The notes under the pieces were generated by a model. The model was not told where the DNA came from. It made no database searches and was given only the letters and a program-made list of their open reading frames with translations. This document shows positions 49,735 to 58,197 of a DNA stretch of 64,000 nucleotides, in pieces. A program made the position numbers and the translations under genes. The stretch covers positions 1-64,000 of IMG/VR virus record IMGVR_UViG_3300044732_000442; one strand, written 5' to 3'. How positions within the stretch are numbered: position 1 is the stretch's first letter; every line of letters begins with the position of its first letter. The stretch is from a virus.

Positions 49735-49756
49735 AAAAGCCCCGAAAGGGGCTTTT
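49735..49756 (+). terminator. Rho-independent terminator
   Basis: AAAAGCCCC-GAAA-GGGGCTTTT. Confidence 0.88.
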
Positions 49757-49799
49757 AACTGGATTTGACTAAATACTACGTGAAAACAAAAGGAATATT

Positions 49800-50732
49800 A
49801 TGCAACTTGACAATGTAACTATTAGTGGTGGATTTGCTTATACAGTAGGAGCTCCCACTCAAGCAACAGCAGGATGGTATGGTGGAGGTAGAGCACCATC
49901 ATCTGTATCTACCGTGCAAAGAATAACTTTTGCAACTGACACCTCAACAGCAAGTGTACGTGGTCCATTAAGCTTCATCGTATCTCAATTTGCCGCGGCC
50001 GGCAATACAACTAACGGATGGTTTGGCGGAGGTTATACAGAGCCTGGACAAACATCTACAGTTCAACGAATAACATACGCAACAGATACAGCAACAGCGA
50101 CAGCACGTGGTCCTTTAAGTTTAACACTAAGTGGTTTAGTAGCCACCGGTAATACAACTGACGGTTGGTTTGGCGGAGCCTTTTCCATATCAACCGTAAA
50201 TAGGATCACTTATTCAACAGATACAGCAACTGCATCGGTTCGAGGTCCATTTAGCGCAAGTAAACTATTTTCGGCAGCAGCCGGTAATACAACTGACGGA
50301 TGGTTTTTTGGAGGCAGAGGATCTGAGTCGGTAGTAAATCGTATAACATATGCAACAGATACAAATACTGCAAGTGTACGTGGTCCGGTAAGTTTTGGTG
50401 TTGAGGCAGCAGCCGGTACCGGCAACACCACCGACGGATGGTTTGGAGGTGGTTATTCACCGGGCAATGGGAGGATTAGTACTATACAACGAATAACATA
50501 CTCAACAGATACAGCAACAGCAAGTGTTCGTGGTCCTTTAAGTGTAGCCGGGAGTTCCTGGTCTGCATCTAGTGACACCACATATGGATGGTTTGGTGGA
50601 GGTTATGTCGTTCCTAATATAATATCTACAATTCAACGAATAACTTTTGCAACAGATACTGTAACAGCGACAGCACGTGGACCGTTAAGTCTAGCAAGCC
50701 GACAGTTGGCCAGTGCATCCGGTATACAATAA
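49800..50732 (+). CDS. kelch-like beta-propeller repeat protein, family B (6 repeats)
   Basis: Six RIT(Y/F)xTDT/RGP repeats, ends ASASGIQ; late box at 49770. Confidence 0.75.
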   Translation: MQLDNVTISGGFAYTVGAPTQATAGWYGGGRAPSSVSTVQRITFATDTSTASVRGPLSFIVSQFAAAGNTTNGWFGGGYTEPGQTSTVQRITYATDTATATARGPLSLTLSGLVATGNTTDGWFGGAFSISTVNRITYSTDTATASVRGPFSASKLFSAAAGNTTDGWFFGGRGSESVVNRITYATDTNTASVRGPVSFGVEAAAGTGNTTDGWFGGGYSPGNGRISTIQRITYSTDTATASVRGPLSVAGSSWSASSDTTYGWFGGGYVVPNIISTIQRITFATDTVTATARGPLSLASRQLASASGIQ

Positions 50733-50735
50733 AAT

Positions 50736-51959
50736 ATGGACTTAAAAGAACTACATTCATTCAAAATGTCAGATGCAGTGACATTTCACGATAACCTCAA
50801 TCCAAAATTATTTCGTGGTCAGCACTTACAGCCTGAAGTAGAACTACAACTAAAAAATATAGCACAAGATTTCTTACAAGAGATGGGGATACATGATTTA
50901 GATGTACGAGATATCACTATCTCTGGAAGTAATGCAGCCTATAGCTACACAGACCATAGCGACTTAGATTTACATATATTAGTCAATATGAAGGATCTAC
51001 CAGACGATGACATTTACCATGAATTCTTCAAAGCTAAAAAAGATTTATACAACGATTCACATGATATCACTATCAATGGAATTCCAGTAGAATTGTATAT
51101 ACAGGATGCGGCAGAACCTGTAACTAGTTTAGGTGAATATAGTGTTAAAGATAAGAAATGGTTGCGTTTGCCAACTAAACGTAGAGCAAATTTTGACCAA
51201 ACAGCTACTAAAGCAAAATATACAAAACTATTAGATATTATTGATACAGCATTACAATCTAATAAAATAGGTAAAGTTAATAAAATATTAAAAAAGATTA
51301 AGCAATATCGTCAAGCTGGCTTAGATAAAGGTGGAGAGTTTGGACCTGAAAATCTAGCATATAAAGCATTACGTAGCCGTGGATATATTACAAAACTATA
51401 TGATTTAAGAGATAGATTACATAGCAAACATTTGAGTTTAGATAACATGTATGCTAATGTAGATGAAGATTATGATCCAAATGGACCTCCACCTGGTCCA
51501 GAGTTTAAGCCAACAATGCCTGCCGGTACAGTTAAAGTAGATGTAAGTGATGTATATGATTGGTATAAACTAGGTCAACATATTAGCAATCTTGATGGTT
51601 TAGGTAAACATGATTTTGGTCAAGGTCCTCCTAGCACTATTCTTGCGTTTGGCGATGAAGATACTGAACATAAATATATTAAAGATTTAGAAAAAACAGG
51701 ATTGACAACAACGGATATTGATCCAGTTGATATTAATCAGCCTAAAGGTATGAAACGTCAGAAGACTGATCCTACATACAATGTGGGCGAAGCCTCAGGT
51801 TATATACCATCTGAAAAAGAGAAAAAAGACCCACGTTTTAGTACAGCATTAACAGTAGATGTTAAGCCTGACAGCATCAAAAAGAACGCAAAAGCATTCT
51901 ATTGGAATACAAGTAGAGCGGGTATTCCACCAACAGCAAAGCCATCAGGCAAAATCTAA
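50736..51959 (+). CDS. Pol-beta-superfamily nucleotidyltransferase domain plus two appended modules
   Basis: ISGSNAAY...SDLDLHI (GS...DxD), VELYIQD; junctions VDE (51459) and VGE (51783). Confidence 0.7.
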   Translation: MDLKELHSFKMSDAVTFHDNLNPKLFRGQHLQPEVELQLKNIAQDFLQEMGIHDLDVRDITISGSNAAYSYTDHSDLDLHILVNMKDLPDDDIYHEFFKAKKDLYNDSHDITINGIPVELYIQDAAEPVTSLGEYSVKDKKWLRLPTKRRANFDQTATKAKYTKLLDIIDTALQSNKIGKVNKILKKIKQYRQAGLDKGGEFGPENLAYKALRSRGYITKLYDLRDRLHSKHLSLDNMYANVDEDYDPNGPPPGPEFKPTMPAGTVKVDVSDVYDWYKLGQHISNLDGLGKHDFGQGPPSTILAFGDEDTEHKYIKDLEKTGLTTTDIDPVDINQPKGMKRQKTDPTYNVGEASGYIPSEKEKKDPRFSTALTVDVKPDSIKKNAKAFYWNTSRAGIPPTAKPSGKI

Positions 51960-52014
51960 TAAGTTTCCATATTATGGTATTTTGATAAATACACTATTAG
52001 TATGGAAATCCGTT

Positions 52015-52938
52015 ATGAAAATCAAACAAATCACTGAAACTACAACCGCAGGCTCAATAGCTACTGTAAATTCACCATTAGGTGGCACTCAAAGTAGGGG
52101 AAATACTAGCATATATGGTGGCAAAAAAGTAGGAACTCTATTCAAGGGTAAAAAGACTAGTGTCCCATATGCTAATAGCATCAATGAAAGTGCTGAACTT
52201 AGTGAAGCACAACTAGAAGAAGATGATGTTATTGTCGTTCCGGGACAAGGTCGCAAATCAAAAACTGGATTTGTTCCACATGGACAAAGTCGTATAGACC
52301 ATGAAGTTGAGATGGCACGTAGTGATTTATTCAGTGCCGCAAAGAATGCTCAACAAGTCTATTCAATGATTAAAGATGTTAGTGAAGATGAAGGTCTTGA
52401 TGGTTGGGTACAAGAAAAGATTATTAAAGCTAATGACTATCTAAACACAATACGTGAATACTTAGAAGGTAAACAAATTCAAGGTGTGAATGAAGGACCC
52501 GAGTTTGGTTCAAAGTATGCAGAAAAATTAGCACAATATGTTTATAATGTTAGACCTAATCTTAATAGTGAAGATGATGTTTTAAACATAGGATATAAAG
52601 TTGCTGTACAAGATTTAGCCAGTCAAACACGTGCTGTATCGTTGTTTAGCAGAGATCAAGATTTCCCTAGTGACTTTGTAAGTGCTTATAGATTCTTACA
52701 AAAAAGACGAGGTGTAACAGAAAACAACCAAAGAGGTGATTCACTTGTTACTGACTCATTAAAAATAATGCGTGGTGCAGAAGTAAGTGATGCTGTAAGA
52801 GCACTAACGACCGTACTAGGAAATAGAGAATACAATAGCCGTCGTGGTTTTTACAATTTCTATATTAAACAAATGATTGATATGTATAGACAACAAGGTG
52901 TGAATGAAGGTTCTAAGTCACCTAATAAGAAAGCGTAA
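52015..52938 (+). CDS. modular putative internal head protein
   Basis: Start reassigned to MKIKQITE behind late box 51986; QGVNEG twice and RGVTE junctions. Confidence 0.65.
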   Translation: MKIKQITETTTAGSIATVNSPLGGTQSRGNTSIYGGKKVGTLFKGKKTSVPYANSINESAELSEAQLEEDDVIVVPGQGRKSKTGFVPHGQSRIDHEVEMARSDLFSAAKNAQQVYSMIKDVSEDEGLDGWVQEKIIKANDYLNTIREYLEGKQIQGVNEGPEFGSKYAEKLAQYVYNVRPNLNSEDDVLNIGYKVAVQDLASQTRAVSLFSRDQDFPSDFVSAYRFLQKRRGVTENNQRGDSLVTDSLKIMRGAEVSDAVRALTTVLGNREYNSRRGFYNFYIKQMIDMYRQQGVNEGSKSPNKKA

Positions 52939-52939
52939 T

Positions 52940-55741
52940 ATGAGCAATATTCTTAAAGGTATAATAAACGAAACTAGTCCGCATAATTACGATAGTGATT
53001 GGGATTATCAGGATGCTTTAGCACGTAGTGGCAAATCACGTTCTAGCTATCGTTCACAAGAAGATGATACGTCTGATGCTGATATTGCATATTCTAAAAA
53101 GATGTATCAATTGGGTCAACAACAGAAGGCTGCTAAAGAGAAAGCTCAACGTGATAATGACCATGATAGATTAGCAACTGGTACAAATGAAGATGATAGT
53201 AATCAAACTAGAATGAGAATGAATGATTATTACGATTTAGCTGAGGCTCTTCAGGAAAAGCTTAGACAAGCAATTAAGATGGGTAATAACGAACTTGTAC
53301 ATAAATTATCCAAAGAACGTGCTGAATTAGATGCACGTGTTAAAAAATATGGATTAATGCCTGAATCAGAACAATTAGATGAAATCTCTAATGAGAAATT
53401 GGCACAATACAAAACAGCTGCCGCCGCCGACGCAGGCAAAGCTGATAAAGAGGGAGACTTTAAGCGTGGTGATAAACGTTTCAGTGGTATTGTTAAAGCA
53501 ACTAAGAAACAATTTGCAAATGATACAAAGAAATCTGGTATAGGTCAAGGTATTTCAGAAGATAGATTTAACAGTAAACAAGAAGTTATTAACCATTTTG
53601 TTAAAAATGGTAAAAGTGCGGCAGCAGGTGCGGCAGCATGGGAACGTGGTTATAGAGGTTCAAATCCTAACAAACCAATAGAAATAAAAAAGCCACCTCA
53701 AAGAAGTTACCATGATGATTTAGATGATAAACGTTATTCTAATACGTTTGAAAATTTAGGTGATCAACTAAAATCACAATCTCTAGAAGCATTACAACAA
53801 ATCAAACAACAAATTGAACAAAAACGTGCCGACGAATTAGCTCAATGGGAACAAGATTTTAGAAATAATGTTGCTGGCAAAATGAGAAGCCAACCAATAC
53901 GTTCACCGGAAGCAACACCGGTTGCACAACCTGGTGAGAAGCATTCAGTATTAAAAGCTAGATTAGCACAACTCAATAATGCTATACAAAAACAAGAACT
54001 ATTGGACAAGTTAATTGATAAAATTGACCGTAAAGGTTTGTTGACTCCAGCAATGCAGAACGATGCTGATACTAGAATGCATGTTAAGTATGGTGCAAAA
54101 GATAACTATCAATCATTGAATAAAAAGTTAGACAATTCTATTTCAATGTTACAGGATAGATTGTATATACGTAAAAAATCAGGTTTAAAAGAATCGCCTA
54201 AGAGAATTGATTATGATAGTGATACATATGATAATACTAGAATGGGTAGAGAGTATGGCAAGGCTAATCTATTTGTAGATCCGGGGTCAAATGAATTTAA
54301 AAAAGAAATACATCCTGGAGATCCTGAAGGTGAACGTGGTAGACCAAGAAATCTAAAAGGTATTTCAAAAAGGTTACCTGCTGATGCGTTTGGTCGTACT
54401 AGCGGAGTTGTTCCTGATAGTGCAAGACCTAAATCAAAAGAAGATCCTTTTAAAGGAGTAGATGAAGCTGATATGAACCGTAGAGGGTTTTTAGGACAAG
54501 CAGGCAAGGCTGCAGGTGCTGGCGCATTGGCTGCCGCAGGCTTAGGTGGTGCTAGCAATGCTCAAGCATTTAAGGGAACACTTCCTGCTCCTCGTATATC
54601 TGAAGATGAGGCTGAAGCTCAAATTAAAGAATTAAGAAGTAAAGCATATAAAGAGTTAGCAAGTATGATGTGGAATGTATGGCCTAAAATACTAGACACA
54701 ACATTTGGCGCAAATACTCCTCAAGATAAGCCAGCTACACCCGATGAAATTGGTAAAATGTTAGGCTACAGATTAGCTGAATATGCTGATGACTATAGAC
54801 AAAAAGTTAGAGCAATTAAAATAGCAGCCGGAGTAAGAGATCCTCAAAGTTTAAATAAAACAACTGCCGCAATTTATGTTAATGAACAAGAGATGGATGA
54901 GGGTTGGAGTCAAAAGTACAAGAGTAGTATCAACTGTAGTCATCCTAAAGGTTTTAGTCAAAAAGCTCATTGTGCAGGCAAGAAGAAACACAATGAAAGT
55001 ATTGACAATGTTATGGAAATGACATGTCCTGATTGTGGTATGTGTGAAACTCACGTAGACCATGCTAAGTTAGATGAAGCTTGTTGGAAAGGTTATCACA
55101 AAGAAGGTAACAAAAAAATGTTTGGCAAAACATATCCTAACTGTGTAAAGAATACTAACGAAGAACAACTAGATGAAAAATGCTGGGACACACATAAACA
55201 AGTTGGAATGAAAAACAAAGGTGGACGTATGGTCCCTAACTGTGTGCCTAAAGAAAGTGTAGAAGAACAACATTCACATAGTGAAAGTTGTCCGCATTGT
55301 GGTGGCGAGATGGTTAGTGAAGAACTAATGAATGAAAAGAAAGATGCTTGCTACTACAAAGTAAAGAGCCGTTATAAAGTATGGCCAAGTGCTTATGCAT
55401 CTGGTGCGTTAGTTAAGTGCCGCAATAAAGGCGCAAGTAACTGGGGTACAGGCGGAAAGAAAAATGAAAGCTCTATACTAGAAGGTATTGAACAAGCAGA
55501 CGAAAGTTTACATGATTGGTTCAATAAAGAAAAATGGGTTCGCATGGATACTAAAGGAAAGATTAAAGGTCCGTGTGCAAGAGAACCAGGCGAAGGTAAA
55601 CCAAAATGTTTGCCACAAAGTAAAGCACATAGTCTAGGTAAAAAGGGTCGTGCTAGTGCCGCTCAACGTAAGCGTAGAGAAGATCCTAATCCAGAACGTA
55701 GTGGCAAAGCCATTAATGTTGATACAAAAAAGAAAGATTAA
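52940..55741 (+). CDS. large modular putative head-cargo polyprotein with internal Tat-like signal and Cys-rich mini-modules
   Basis: Start MSNILKGIINE; more than ten LDE/VDE/LKE/MDE-type junctions; MNRRGFL at 54473. Confidence 0.65.
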   Translation: MSNILKGIINETSPHNYDSDWDYQDALARSGKSRSSYRSQEDDTSDADIAYSKKMYQLGQQQKAAKEKAQRDNDHDRLATGTNEDDSNQTRMRMNDYYDLAEALQEKLRQAIKMGNNELVHKLSKERAELDARVKKYGLMPESEQLDEISNEKLAQYKTAAAADAGKADKEGDFKRGDKRFSGIVKATKKQFANDTKKSGIGQGISEDRFNSKQEVINHFVKNGKSAAAGAAAWERGYRGSNPNKPIEIKKPPQRSYHDDLDDKRYSNTFENLGDQLKSQSLEALQQIKQQIEQKRADELAQWEQDFRNNVAGKMRSQPIRSPEATPVAQPGEKHSVLKARLAQLNNAIQKQELLDKLIDKIDRKGLLTPAMQNDADTRMHVKYGAKDNYQSLNKKLDNSISMLQDRLYIRKKSGLKESPKRIDYDSDTYDNTRMGREYGKANLFVDPGSNEFKKEIHPGDPEGERGRPRNLKGISKRLPADAFGRTSGVVPDSARPKSKEDPFKGVDEADMNRRGFLGQAGKAAGAGALAAAGLGGASNAQAFKGTLPAPRISEDEAEAQIKELRSKAYKELASMMWNVWPKILDTTFGANTPQDKPATPDEIGKMLGYRLAEYADDYRQKVRAIKIAAGVRDPQSLNKTTAAIYVNEQEMDEGWSQKYKSSINCSHPKGFSQKAHCAGKKKHNESIDNVMEMTCPDCGMCETHVDHAKLDEACWKGYHKEGNKKMFGKTYPNCVKNTNEEQLDEKCWDTHKQVGMKNKGGRMVPNCVPKESVEEQHSHSESCPHCGGEMVSEELMNEKKDACYYKVKSRYKVWPSAYASGALVKCRNKGASNWGTGGKKNESSILEGIEQADESLHDWFNKEKWVRMDTKGKIKGPCAREPGEGKPKCLPQSKAHSLGKKGRASAAQRKRREDPNPERSGKAINVDTKKKD

Positions 55742-55750
55742 AGAGTAATT

Positions 55751-56191
55751 ATGTTGTCAGACAATCTAAAAGTATTACTAGCAAGCACACAAAGTTTTGC
55801 TATCAAAACACAAAACTTTCATTGGAACGTAGAGGGAAGTAACTTTCCACAATATCACGAATTCTTTAATACATTGTACGAAGATGTAAGTGCTACGATT
55901 GATCCTATTGCTGAATATATAAGAATACTAGGTCACTATACTCCTGGCAGTCTAACACGTTATGCTGAACTAAGTATCATACAAGACCAAATAAAGATTC
56001 CACGTGCTGAATTAATGTTTGTTGAATCATTACAAGATTGTGAAACAATGCTTCAGTTAGTAACAGCAATGTTTGATGAGGCAGCTGGTGAGAATCAACA
56101 TGGTATTGAAAACTATATGGCTGAACTACAAGACTTGTATGGTAAGAAAGCATGGTTCATTCGTTCTATATTAAAAAGAGAACGTGAATGA
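55751..56191 (+). CDS. dps: Dps ferritin-like DNA protection protein
   Basis: FHWNVEGSNF..YHEFF..LYE......D.IAE.IR. Confidence 0.92.
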   Translation: MLSDNLKVLLASTQSFAIKTQNFHWNVEGSNFPQYHEFFNTLYEDVSATIDPIAEYIRILGHYTPGSLTRYAELSIIQDQIKIPRAELMFVESLQDCETMLQLVTAMFDEAAGENQHGIENYMAELQDLYGKKAWFIRSILKRERE

Positions 56192-57066
56192 GAGCAACAG
56201 AGTTTATTACCGAACAAGCAAATCCTAAAGTAGATTTGACTCCAAATTATCCTAACTATCAAGTGTTAGTGGGTGAGTTTGTCGGTATGAAAAAAAACAG
56301 AGCAAGATTTTTAATTGTAGCCTCTGAACTTAAACCAGGTGTGCGAGAGACTGATAAAATTTTTAGAGCTAGAACTACTAATACACCTATCAGTATTGAG
56401 ATTGGTAGGGTAAAAAATCGTAATGTAGTAGATGAAGATTTATCACGTAGAGGCTTCTTAGGTGGTTTAGCTGGTATGGCTGCACTAGGTACTAGAGATA
56501 CAAAACCTACTGTTAATAAAGATACACCAACGGCACCACAAAAAGAACCTACTGTAACTACATTGAGTAACAATCCTCAAATTGAGAGTTTATTACATAA
56601 AGCCGCTGTAGCTGCCGGTATAGTTGGTATTGAATTAGCACAGTTTATGGCTCAAACTAAACATGAATCCTGGAATTTTAGTAGACTAAAAGAAAAGGGT
56701 GTAGGTCAAGGCTATTTTGCTAAAAAGTATGACCGTCAATATGCACCACGTACTGCTAAGATATTGGGTAATAAGCAGATAGGTGATGGAGAAAAATATC
56801 ATGGTCGTGGATTTATTCAATTGACCGGTCGTGATAACTATCGTATGGCTAGTCAAAGTTTAGGTATTGATTTATTAAATGATCCTGATTTAGCAGAACG
56901 ACCAGATGTTGCAGCCAAGATTGCTATATGGTATTGGAAGACACGTGTTAAACCCTATATAAATAACTTCAACGATACGAAGGCAGTAACACAAAAGATT
57001 AATCCAGCACTACGTGGATTACAAGATAGACATGCAAAGTTTATTGACTACAAAAACATATTATAA
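56188..57066 (+). CDS. GH19 muramidase/chitinase-like protein with N-terminal module and internal Tat-like signal
   Basis: MRATEFITE start; SRRGFL at 56443; FMAQTKHES, YHGRGFIQLTGRDNY, TQKINP...GLQDR. Confidence 0.85.
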   Translation: MRATEFITEQANPKVDLTPNYPNYQVLVGEFVGMKKNRARFLIVASELKPGVRETDKIFRARTTNTPISIEIGRVKNRNVVDEDLSRRGFLGGLAGMAALGTRDTKPTVNKDTPTAPQKEPTVTTLSNNPQIESLLHKAAVAAGIVGIELAQFMAQTKHESWNFSRLKEKGVGQGYFAKKYDRQYAPRTAKILGNKQIGDGEKYHGRGFIQLTGRDNYRMASQSLGIDLLNDPDLAERPDVAAKIAIWYWKTRVKPYINNFNDTKAVTQKINPALRGLQDRHAKFIDYKNIL

Positions 57067-57074
57067 AGAGAACC

Positions 57075-57512
57075 ATGAAGAAAATAATAACAATCATACT
57101 ATTAGCAATATCTACTATTGCATTTGCACAAAAACAAAAGCCAATGAATGTATATGATTTTACAATCACTAGAGTTATTGATGGAGATACAGTAGCATTT
57201 CAAGCAACATTTTTACCCCCACCATTAAAGCAAGAATTAAGTATTCGTGTGTTTGGTGTTGACACACCTGAAAAGGGTCATAGAGCAATGTGCCCCAGTG
57301 AAGCACAGCGTGGCGAGGCTGCTTCGGCCTTCACAAAAAATGCCATAGCTAAAGCACAGAAACGTCAAGTAGCTATAGCTGATTGGGATAAGTATGGTGG
57401 ACGTGTATTGGGTGATATATTACTTGATGGACAAAGTTTAAGAATGATGTTAATACAGAATGGATTTGCAAGAGAATACTACGGAGAAGCTAAAACTTCT
57501 TGGTGCAACTAA
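57075..57512 (+). CDS. secreted thermonuclease (SNase family)
   Basis: Sec signal MKKIITIILLAISTIAFA; RVIDGDT, IRVFGVDTPE, DKYGGRVLG. Confidence 0.9.
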   Translation: MKKIITIILLAISTIAFAQKQKPMNVYDFTITRVIDGDTVAFQATFLPPPLKQELSIRVFGVDTPEKGHRAMCPSEAQRGEAASAFTKNAIAKAQKRQVAIADWDKYGGRVLGDILLDGQSLRMMLIQNGFAREYYGEAKTSWCN

Positions 57513-57513
57513 C

Positions 57514-57597
57514 ACCCTTAGGACCGTAACTTAGTTACGAGGGTAGGCGGCTTCTGCCTTAAGCAATCCAATTCGCTACTGGACCTTATAAGTGAGC
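57514..57597 (+). ncRNA. candidate structured RNA element
   Basis: GC-richer intergenic stretch with nested and tandem stems; family not recognised. Confidence 0.4.
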
Positions 57598-57609
57598 ATA
57601 AATACTAAT

Positions 57610-58185
57610 ATGAGAGCAATAGAACTATACGAATCGGCCGCAAGTGAACTAGCTAAGAAACTTCCTAGCTTAGAGAAACACGACTATAATACCATTGATA
57701 AGCTAATGAAAAACATAGCAAAGAAACATCGTATAACCGGTGATGCATTGCATGATTTGTTTGTTAGAAAATATCATAAGACTCCAGACAGTTGGATTAA
57801 AGATAAACTAGATGAGAGTGAACAAGAAGATTTGAATAACAATCCTATTGTACAGAAGTTTCTTGCTTGGACAAGTAAGAAGTTGAATTTAGAAAATACT
57901 CCAAAGATAGAGTTTAGTTATGATAGTGATGAAGCACAAGAAGGTCATCATACTGGTAGACACAATCCAGAGACGGGTGAAGTATGGGTTTATTGTGCTA
58001 ATAGAAATCTAGTAGATATATTACGTACTGTGTTCCATGAATTAACTCATGTACGCCAGGGTGAATTAAATATGATTAAGCCGGGTGATAGTTATCCAGG
58101 TAGTCCAATAGAAGCAGAAGCGGATGTAATGGCTGGCAAATATATTAAAATATTTGGTAAAGCACATCCAGAAATATTTCAATAA
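57610..58185 (+). CDS. N-terminal module + zincin-like metallopeptidase domain
   Basis: Start reassigned to MRAIELYE; KLDE junction; HELTH (HExxH) and downstream PIEAEAD. Confidence 0.7.
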   Translation: MRAIELYESAASELAKKLPSLEKHDYNTIDKLMKNIAKKHRITGDALHDLFVRKYHKTPDSWIKDKLDESEQEDLNNNPIVQKFLAWTSKKLNLENTPKIEFSYDSDEAQEGHHTGRHNPETGEVWVYCANRNLVDILRTVFHELTHVRQGELNMIKPGDSYPGSPIEAEADVMAGKYIKIFGKAHPEIFQ

Positions 58186-58197
58186 AGAGAATAAAAT

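Noticed and set aside
51859-52014. ORF-track N-terminal extensions (also 2753, 16865, 17923, 26429, 41025, 52904, 57592, 60402)
   Set aside because: They overlap upstream genes or span the promoter; downstream ATGs fit promoter or RBS spacing better
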